Source: Thecamonas trahens ATCC 50062 (lineage: Eukaryota > Protista > Apusomonadida). From it: DNA of 64,000 bases. The stretch spans positions 62,001 to 126,000 of the forward strand of contig NW_013657634.1 in the NCBI RefSeq assembly GCF_000142905.1, written 5' to 3'. This document shows, piece after piece, positions 55,929-64,000 of this stretch. Both the position numbers and the translations under genes were made by a program. Below the pieces are notes generated by a model. It worked only from the letters and a program-made list of their open reading frames with translations. It searched no databases and had not been told where the DNA came from. Position 1 is the stretch's first letter; the number at the start of each line of letters is the position of its first letter.

Positions 55929-58886
55929 TCTTGCTACCCGGCACTGCTACAACGCCGAGGGCACGGGCCCGGTCCGTATGGGCTCGTGTCTGCTCACGCT
56001 CGTCGACGGCACCGGGTCGCAGGCGGCGGTCAAGCGCGGCGCCGTCCGCCACTCCAACGGCATCCTCGTCGCCTTCTCGCTCACATCGGCAAACTCGCTG
56101 GCAGAGACCAACTTTCTCATCCGCGGCGCCATTACCGACTGGGACCCCGCCAGCAAGCTGCCACGCTTCCTTGTCGGCGTCCACACACAGGCCGACCAGG
56201 CCGCAGGCGTCGCGCGTTGCGTCGCCTCTGCCGACGTCAAAGCCATCGTCGACGCCTTTGCCTTTGACGACTGCTTTGAGCTTCTGGCTCCCTCGCCCCC
56301 GGTGTCGCTCACAATGCCCGCATCCGGAGGTGGAAGGCCAAGGCGGCACGCAAGCGCAGCTGCAAGCACCGGTTCTCGCTCCGCCGCCGCCGCCGCTGTC
56401 CACTGACCAGCGCGCTGCGCCCGAGTGCGAGCTTGGTACAGCCTGGCGAAGCAGCAGCCAGCCTCAGCCACGTTCCACCAAAGCTCGCCAACCATGCGCA
56501 GGCGCACGCCGAGTTCCTCGCCATGTACGATGCCTTGCTCCGCGAGGTCCACACCCACACTGCCCACGAGCAGTCCAAGCTTCGCAAGGCCATTCTCCAG
56601 GACCTATCGGTTGTCAAGCACGGCCTTGTGTTTGAGATCAAGGGCCGGCGCGCCAAGGCGCGCCACGCACGTATCGATTTCTCGCCACGCACCCTCACCC
56701 TCCTCACCGCCGACCAAGCCAAGGTCAAGCGAGTTGTAGCCCTGAGTGGCGCCTCGATAGTCCGTGCCGGCCTCGAGCTCGCCATCGCTCCACTCGCCGG
56801 GCAGCCGCTCACCATCCGCATCGAGTCTCGCGACGTCTACCGTGCCATAGACTGGGAAGATGCGCTGCTCAGAGTTGCCGATGACGCCCGATACCATGCC
56901 TCGCCACATCCGGCCAAGCTCCGCCACCGCGAGCCAGAGCCACAGTCGCAGCCTCCGCCCCAGCCGCAGGTCCAGCCTGCGGAAGCGGCCGGGCCGGCGA
57001 GCAACCACCCTCGCTCGCGGCGACCGGAGCTCACTGTCGACATTGCCGGCCTCACAGCAGCCGCAGCCACACGCGGCGCCGTTCAGGCACCACTCACCGC
57101 CACTTCCGCCTCGACTTCGTCCGACTGGATCGAGTACTCAACGCCCGACGGCTCGCCGTACTTCTACCATCCAGCAACGCGGCAGACGTCATGGACCCCG
57201 CATCTTCCTGTTGCGCCCACAGCGTCGTCGCCTCTTGCCCGTCGCGGTGACGGCATCTTCTCCAACGCCCGGGCGTTTGGCTCGGGCTCAGCAAGCTCGT
57301 CGGCTTCCGACTTGGCATCAGAGCCGACCGTTTTATCGCTGTCGTCGTCATCGTCGTCGTCATCATCATCGTCATCATCGTCTTCGCATGGCTACGACAT
57401 GTCCTCGTCCGAGACTCCGTCGTCAAGCGTACCCATGCCCGATGCAACTGTCACCATGGCGGCAACAGCGGCAGCGAGCGGCAACGAGAATTCGCCGTCG
57501 ACGGCGGTCCACTTTGACGTCGATGCAACGGTGACGATGGGCATGGGCGGGGCGCGGGCAAATGTCGCCCGCGACGACATGTCGGTCATTGTTATGGAGG
57601 GTCAGCCGCTGGATGAGTGCAACGATGGCACGGACGCTACGCTGACAGCGTCGAGGATGGGCGGAGCGTCGAGCTCGGGCCTGGACTCGTCGGCATCACT
57701 GGCGGTGGTGGCCGCTAGCGGAAGCTCGCGGCCGGCGTTTACCATCGAGTCGGACAGCCTGCTGCGGATCGAGGCGGGCGAGTTGAGCTCACTCGAGCCG
57801 ATCGGCGAGGGCGCCAAGTCGCGGGTCTTCCGAGCGCTTCTCCACGGCGCTCCAGTGGCAGTCAAGCTCCTCAGCGAGGTCTCGCGTGGGACGCTCACCA
57901 TGTTTGTGGAAGAGTTCCAGACGCTGCACATGCTCCGGCACCCCAACATTGTCTCGGTCTTTGGCTTTGTGTGGCGCGAGGAGCGGCAGAGCATGGGCAT
58001 CGTGACCGAGCTCATGTCGGGCGGCGATCTCTTCCACCGCATCCACTGCCACGGTGGCAACGCGTTGCGGCGGCACGAGACGGTCCAGCTTCTGCACCAG
58101 GTTGGCCTCGCCCTGACATATGTCCACGCCAAAGGCGTGCCGCACCGCGACCTGAAGCCGTCGAACATCATCCTCTCTGCCGACGGCCGCCACGCCAAGA
58201 TCGCCGACTTTGGCCTCTCCGGCCGCGTCGCCCGGCACGTCAATCTGCGTGGCGCAGGCACTCGTCGGTACTCGGCGCCCGAAGTGCTGCTCGGCGAGGT
58301 GGCCACGCTGGCGTCGGATGTATATTCGTTTGGCGTGCTCATGCTAGAGGCGCTCACAAGCCGCCGCCCGTTCCAGGACGCGACGTCGCGGGCAAATGCG
58401 TACGCGCCGCCGCCCGAGCTTGCGCTCCTCGACGCAGCGAGCCCGCCCTGGCCGCAGCCTCTCATCGCGCTTGTCCACGCTGCCATGAGTGGCGTTGCCA
58501 CCCAACGCCCTCAAGCTGCAGCTGTCGCCGACACGCTGGCAAGCGTGCTCATGCAGTGGGAGCTTCCCTCCACTTTTGGCCGCTTTCGGCTTCTCCTCGT
58601 CGATGCGGCGAGCGCCGTCGGCAGCTCTACAAACGTGCTGGTCAAAGTCCGCTCGAGCGCGGATCGGCTCGCCGATGTTCTTGACAGCATCACCGCGGCC
58701 GTCACTGCAGCGTGCGGGAGTGAGGCCGCCGCCGCGGCGCGAGGACCGGCCTACCACTACGAGGTCTTCGACGCTGACTTTGAGGCCTGGGTCATGCTCT
58801 CGTCGCTCGAGCAGATACCTGGCGGGCCTGCGGACGCACCGGCCAAGTACCGGCTACGCATGGGACTGTCGAGTAGCAAGCACTAA
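55673..58886 (+). CDS. Degenerate Ras-like domain - PH - WW - TKL-type protein kinase; two apparent 1-nt frameshifts (near 55702 and 56298)
   Basis: FKLCILG, LTLVDGTG, GILVAFSLTS..SL and FLVG (Ras fold). PH ending WEDAL, WW (DWIEYSTPDGSPYFYHPATRQTSW), kinase VAVK/HRDLKPSN/DFG/APE. The 56433-58886 part is secure; the fusion is inferred. Confidence 0.75.
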
Positions 58887-58904
58887 AGCCACGCATTGTA
58901 CGGT

Positions 58905-59744
58905 CTACTCATCGTTACCAGACTCGTCCGACGAGTCGGAGTCGAGACCAAGCATACCGCCGAGGTCGGCGACCAGAGCTGCACCGGCGACCGGAGCGAC
59001 GAGCTTGCGGCGCTTGGCATCGCGCGGATTGGTATCGCTCGGCGGTGGTGGGGCGGTAGCAGGAGCGTCTTGGCCGGCGGCCTTACGCTTGCGGTTCGGC
59101 AACGGGGCGTCCGACGGTCCAGCGGCCGAGGCCGAGGCAGCAACCGCGTCGCGGACCGAGGCCGAGACCTTTGCGGCGGCGGCGGCGACGGCATCGACGG
59201 CCTGGCGCTTGCGCTCGGCCTTTGCAAGACGGGCAGCCTCAGCGCGCTCGCGCTCGGCGTCGAGGTCTTTGAGCACCTGGCCTGCGCCGTCACCAATGAG
59301 GCGCTCGGTGAGGTCGGGCGGAACGGCACCGCCCGAGGCGCGGAAGGCCTCCAGTTGGGCCTCGACCTCGACCTGGCGGAGCCTGCGGCCGTCGAGGGTG
59401 CGGCATGCGGAGAAGTTGGTTGTAGGCTTGACCACCCGCCCGCCGGTCTCACCGCGACGGAGCAGGGCGCCGAACCCGCCCTTGCCGCCAGGCCCGCGCG
59501 AGAGAAGGCGGACGAGGCGGGCGCCGGCGCCGGCGTCGGCCACACTCGCCAGGTACACCGCCTCTTCCGGGAGGCCAAAGGCGACGCAAACCCCCGCATG
59601 GTCCAGCACAGATGGGGTGTCGGCCAGGTGGCCAAGTAGAGTCCCGTTGAGCTCGACAAAGAGCATGACTGGGCCGAGGGGAGAGGGGAGGGAGACGTGG
59701 TCGTCGGCGTGATCAACGCCGCACTGACCGCGATCGGCACTCAT
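58905..59744 (-). CDS. SDE2: SDE2-like protein (ubiquitin-fold precursor); start 59744 or 59666
   Basis: GGKGGFGALLR cleavage motif and TTNFSACRTLDGRRLRQV. Confidence 0.88.
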   Translation of the reverse strand: MSADRGQCGVDHADDHVSLPSPLGPVMLFVELNGTLLGHLADTPSVLDHAGVCVAFGLPEEAVYLASVADAGAGARLVRLLSRGPGGKGGFGALLRRGETGGRVVKPTTNFSACRTLDGRRLRQVEVEAQLEAFRASGGAVPPDLTERLIGDGAGQVLKDLDAERERAEAARLAKAERKRQAVDAVAAAAAKVSASVRDAVAASASAAGPSDAPLPNRKRKAAGQDAPATAPPPPSDTNPRDAKRRKLVAPVAGAALVADLGGMLGLDSDSSDESGNDE

Positions 59745-59869
59745 TTCGCCAATTGTAGGGAAAAGGTCGTGAAACGAGAGAGGGTACACAGCCGCCCACA
59801 GAGGCGGACACAGCACGCCGCGAGCGGCAAGGCAGGCGTGTAGGGCGGAAGACGGCGTGGCTGGATCAT

Positions 59870-62338
59870 ATGCTTGCAACGTACCGGAATGAGGAGCTCG
59901 AGGTTGGGGTGCGGCAGTTTCTGGGCGCGCTGCGGCAGCGTGTGGACGCGGCGCGGGCGAGCAAGTGGCGGGCAGTGACGGCCGCGTCGCGGCGCAAGGC
60001 CGAAGCAGCGGCGGCGAAGCGGCGTGCGCGGCGTGCGCTGCCGGGGCGTACGCGGGGTGCCAAGCTAGCAGAGCTGGACGAGGACGTGCCGCTACCGATG
60101 AATGTGGACGCATCCGCCCTGCCGACCGACTCGTCCACCTCGGTCAAGCGGTACTCCACCATTGCGCCGCAGCGTGCGGGAGGCGGCGAGACGGTGCTGG
60201 CGGTGAAGCTGCCGCGAGTCCGGCGGCTACCGATGCACCATTTGGCACCGATGGTGGAGCAGCTGACGCGGTCTGACGATGATCCGCATCTGCGGTTCCT
60301 TCCGTGGCACGGCGACGACAAGGAGGTCAACGTTGATATCTCGCTCTACTCGTCAGTTCTCGGCGACTCGAATGGGCTCGACGACATTGTGGAAATCCAG
60401 TTTCTCATCCGCTCGACTTTTGAAGCTTTTGGCAACACCATGGAGACAGCGGCAGTGCTGGGCTCGCTTGTCGGCGCGCGAGCGTACGATCTGCTCCGTC
60501 GGTACAACGAGACGGTCGATACGGTGGCACGGCGAGCGGGGAGGGTGGCGCGACAGCAACAAGCAGTGCTGGGTAATGCCGAGCTGACTAACTCGGTCTT
60601 GCACCCAGGCGTGGTGCTTCAGCGAGTCAAGCTGCCAGCGAGCGCGCAGTTCCGCGGAGCCGGACGGCGCAGCGAGGACGGCGAGGTGGTTATTCCGTCG
60701 GACGAGGCGCTTCACGAGAGCTACCACTCGCTCTTTTGCCGAACGTGCTACACGTACGGGTGCGACCTGCACAGCATCGAACCGCAGAACTTTCCGCCCA
60801 AGCCGCAGATCCCGCCGTGCCCCAAGGTCCTGCTCGACATGCTGCATCCGGTCGGGGCGACGGAACAGAGCAAGTTTGTGATCGAGGCCGAGGTGTGGGA
60901 GTCGTACGCGTGCGGGCCAGAGTGCCACCTCCACGATCCGCGGGCGCAAGCGCTGATGCCATCGATTCTGGTGCGGCGGCGAGAGATGGCAAGCGAGGGT
61001 GGAAGTAGCGGCGCGAGCGGTGAGGCGCGGTACCGCAAGCTGATGGCGTCGCTACGAGACGGGTTCACTATGACGCAGGATCTCCACGGGTGGCTCCCAT
61101 ACGAAATCGCGCTGCTGAGCAAGGGGTTCACCATGTATGCAACCGACTACTGTGCGGTGGCACGGATGGTGCCTGGGCGGACTTGCCGCCAGGTCAAGAC
61201 GATGCTGCGGGTGATTGGGCTGTCTGAAGAGGACGAGGCATCGCTGGCGTGGATCCTGTACTTTGCAGCGCAGGAGGAGCCAGGCCCGGCGCCACGTCTC
61301 GGCATCTCGTCGAGTCAGGTGCAGAACCCTGATGAGATGTCGAATCCGCACTTGCGACCGTGCAGCCACCTCGGCGCGTGCACGGACAACTGCTCGTGTG
61401 TGCGTCACCGCGGCTTTTGCACGGAGCTCTGCTCGTGCACGCGCAACTGCCCGCGGCGGTTCCCCGGGTGCGCGTGCCGGAACGGGTGCACCAACAAGTC
61501 GTGTCCGTGCCGGATGGCCTTCCGCGAGTGCGTGCCCGGCATTTGTCGATGCCCGTCGAACGATGCAGAGGTGCGAGTGCGGAAGGAGCCGTTGGTGGCA
61601 GACTCGCTGCGGCGGATGCTGACGACCGTGGCGTCGTCGCCGCAGGACGAGATGATGCTTGTGCAGGCAGCGGCAATGACCGGCATTTCGTCGGTCGAGA
61701 GCGGGTCGGGATCTAGCGAGAGCTCAGGGTCGGCATCGGACTCGTCCTCGTCGACGTCGCTCAACGAGCGGCCTCGGAAGCGGCGGGCTTCGCGGCGGAA
61801 GCGTGTGCAGCGGCGCGAGCCGGTGACCGGGACAGCGCCACCGGCAGCAGCGGTGCAGCCGTGCCGCAACCTCGCGCACTTCAACAAGGTCCACAACAAG
61901 GTTGTCGTGGGCATATCGACGGTGGCCGGATGGGGGCTCTTTGCCGGGCAGCCGATCTCGCGTGGCCAGTTTATCGGCGAGTACGTCGGCGAGGTGGTCT
62001 CGAGCACTGAGGTCGAGCGGCGGCACTCGGAGTACAGCTCGATGCGTATCTCGTACGTCTTTGACTACAACCGCGATTTCGTCATCGACGCCTTCCGCAA
62101 GGGCTCTGGAACCAAGCTCATCAACCACTCTGACGAGCCAAACGTCCACCCGATGACCAAGGTTGTCAACGGCGTCGAGCGTGTGGGCCTGTACGCCTCG
62201 CGCGACCTGCGGACTGGCGACGAGCTCCTGTTCTGCTACAACTACGACAAGGAGAAGCGTGAATGGTACCTCGACTCGGATTTCCAGCAGATTCTCGAGG
62301 CCGAGGGCAACAAAGAGGCGCCACTGGTCGTCGAGTAG
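59870..62338 (+). CDS. EZH: Enhancer of zeste / EZH H3K27 methyltransferase (PRC2 catalytic subunit)
   Basis: SYHSLFCRTCYTYGCDLH (MCSS), SANT-like TCRQV, CXC (C.RRFPGCAC...CPC....RECVP), SET (AGWGLF, FIGEYVGE, DAFRKG, NHSDEPN, ELLFCYNY). Confidence 0.92.
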   Translation: MLATYRNEELEVGVRQFLGALRQRVDAARASKWRAVTAASRRKAEAAAAKRRARRALPGRTRGAKLAELDEDVPLPMNVDASALPTDSSTSVKRYSTIAPQRAGGGETVLAVKLPRVRRLPMHHLAPMVEQLTRSDDDPHLRFLPWHGDDKEVNVDISLYSSVLGDSNGLDDIVEIQFLIRSTFEAFGNTMETAAVLGSLVGARAYDLLRRYNETVDTVARRAGRVARQQQAVLGNAELTNSVLHPGVVLQRVKLPASAQFRGAGRRSEDGEVVIPSDEALHESYHSLFCRTCYTYGCDLHSIEPQNFPPKPQIPPCPKVLLDMLHPVGATEQSKFVIEAEVWESYACGPECHLHDPRAQALMPSILVRRREMASEGGSSGASGEARYRKLMASLRDGFTMTQDLHGWLPYEIALLSKGFTMYATDYCAVARMVPGRTCRQVKTMLRVIGLSEEDEASLAWILYFAAQEEPGPAPRLGISSSQVQNPDEMSNPHLRPCSHLGACTDNCSCVRHRGFCTELCSCTRNCPRRFPGCACRNGCTNKSCPCRMAFRECVPGICRCPSNDAEVRVRKEPLVADSLRRMLTTVASSPQDEMMLVQAAAMTGISSVESGSGSSESSGSASDSSSSTSLNERPRKRRASRRKRVQRREPVTGTAPPAAAVQPCRNLAHFNKVHNKVVVGISTVAGWGLFAGQPISRGQFIGEYVGEVVSSTEVERRHSEYSSMRISYVFDYNRDFVIDAFRKGSGTKLINHSDEPNVHPMTKVVNGVERVGLYASRDLRTGDELLFCYNYDKEKREWYLDSDFQQILEAEGNKEAPLVVE

Positions 62339-62459
62339 AGGCAGAATAAGTAAAGTCAGCCGTGGCCGATGAGCCGTGGCCTGTCAGCTGTGGCCTGTCA
62401 GCCGTGGCTGGTCTTCCCGCGGTGGTTCAAGGAGAGGCACTTGACGCTGACGTTGCGAG

Positions 62460-62725
62460 ATGGCCGACGGAGTGGACCCACTGTTTGAGGTGAAGAACTT
62501 CTTCCACCTCGGTTGCTACCAGGCCGCCATCAACGCCGCCTCCACCATTGCCGCCAGCAGCCCCGACCTCAAGGTTGAGATGGACACCTATGTCTTCCGC
62601 GCCTATGCTGCCCTTGTACGCCCCACCCCGCCCCTGCCACACCACCCGCCGCCCCGCCACGTCCCTGACCTCCCCTCTTCCCCTCTCCCCCCCCCCCCCT
62701 CCCCACCCACCCATACACCTCATAC

Positions 62726-62761
<36 letters not shown>

Positions 62762-63505
62762 CCCTGACTACCGATGAGAAGTAACGGCCCGCTTGTGCTG
62801 GGCGGAATCAAGGACACGGACGCGACTGCGCTGCTGGCGGTGAGGGAGCTTGTCATCGGCTCGACGGACGAGGTCGGGCGGGCAACGGCGCTGGAGACCT
62901 TCCGCAAGTGGCTCGGCGATGGTATTTCTGCGGGGAATGCTATGGTTGTGCTTGGTGCGGCACAGCTGATGGTGGCCGATGGAGCGGTGGATGAGGCACT
63001 GACGCTGCTCTCAGGCTCAACCGAGCTCGAGCCCATGGCCTACATGGTGTATGTGTACCTGCAGATGAATCAGGTCCGGTATGCCGAGGAGAAGGTCAAG
63101 GCCATGGTGGCGATCGAAGAGGACAACACGCTGACTCAGCTCGCTGGGGCTTGGGTCGGCATTGCAAAAGGAAAGAGTGCGCTTCAGGAGGCGTACCACG
63201 TCTTCCAGGACTTTGTCGACAAGTACCAGCCGTCGACCAAGCTGCTCAATGGCGTCGCCGCCTGCTGCATGCACCAGGGTAACTTTGAGGAGGCCGAAGC
63301 CGTCCTTGTCTCGGCTCTTGAGCTCAACGCCAACGATGCCGACACGCTCGCCAACCTCATTGCCCTTGCGCAGCACACCGGCAAGGCTAGCGATGTCATC
63401 GACCGCTACATGGCCCAGCTCGCCGCCCGCGATGCCGCCCACCCGCTCCTTGCTTCCAAGGCCGATCTCGAGACTCGCTTTGCCGCAGCTGCTGCCGCCC
63501 TGTAA
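62460..63505 (+). CDS. COPE: Coatomer subunit epsilon; intron from 62616 to about 62780 (exact junction unresolved)
   Basis: DPLFEVKNFFHLGCYQAAIN, EDNTLTQLAGAW, LQEAYHVFQD, LLNGVAAC, DTLANLI and HPLL are COPE motifs. Confidence 0.93.
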
Positions 63506-63816
63506 ACAGAAAGGCATCTATACCATGCCGTCCACCCTCGGTGGCTGTCTGGCCTTTGGTGCCATGAGCCCTCTGTGACCGGCCTGGTGGCGGCCAACTT
63601 GTGTCCCAAGTGTGGAGAGGGAGGGGAGTGGAGGGGTAAGGGGTATGGGTTGCAGCTGCAGTGTTGGGTACCACTTGACTTGAGCTTGGGCTAGAGTGTG
63701 TACAGGGAGGGATGCGTGTGTCTGCAGGACTTGTTGTGGTTGCTGTGCTGGTGGCGGTTGCTGTGGGTGTGGTGTGGGGCCATGCTGTTGACAGAGGGGG
63801 CTAACGGGGGGCGGGG

Positions 63817-64000
63817 AGCATGGGCATGAGCATGAGCATGAGCATGGGCATGGGCATGGGCATGGGAGCAAGCATGGGCATGGCCACGACCACCGCAATC
63901 ACGACCATGGGCACGATCACGACCATGGGCACGATCACGACCATGGACACGACCACGACCATGGCCACGACCACGACCACGACCACGATCACGACCACGA
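63817..64000. repeat. CATG(A/G)G hexamer array followed by an 18-bp ACGACCATGGGCACGATC-type repeat running off the window
   Basis: Directly visible. May be the His/Arg-rich 3' end of a minus-strand gene or a non-coding minisatellite. Confidence 0.8.

Noticed and set aside
1-64000. tRNA, rRNA, snRNA, RT/integrase, Fanzor/TnpB or viral genes
   Set aside because: No diagnostic motifs recognised by eye. A tRNAscan-SE/Infernal/HMMER run would be needed to exclude small or divergent ones.

Overview
Gene-dense, GC-rich eukaryotic (protist-type) nuclear DNA from a draft assembly with two N-gaps. About 27 genes are tightly packed, mostly with 0-1 spliceosomal introns. The introns share an unusual GTACGN donor and CTCAC/CTGAC/CTAAC branch sites. 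The overall style resembles an apusomonad such as Thecamonas, but that is only an inference. Recognisable housekeeping genes: nodulin-like MFS transporter, importin-9, Ena/VASP, uridine kinase, ABHD1/3 hydrolase, phosducin-like PDCL3, peroxisomal PECR, GH38 alpha-mannosidase, nucleoplasmin-type FKBP, SDE2, E(z)/EZH and coatomer epsilon. At least six apparent frameshifts, mostly single-base losses in short homopolymers, are probably sequencing errors. The most unusual items are: (1) a predicted membrane-anchored protein fusing a catalytically dead HECT-like domain to an IBR-less RBR ligase; (2) a 1841-aa polytopic membrane protein built from two tandem homologous modules; (3) a pseudoGTPase-PH-WW-kinase hidden by frameshifts; (4) a sushi-repeat multi-TM receptor; (5) a hAT transposase remnant next to an atypical HAD protein; (6) a giant helical tandem-repeat protein. 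No rRNA, tRNA or CRISPR array was recognised.
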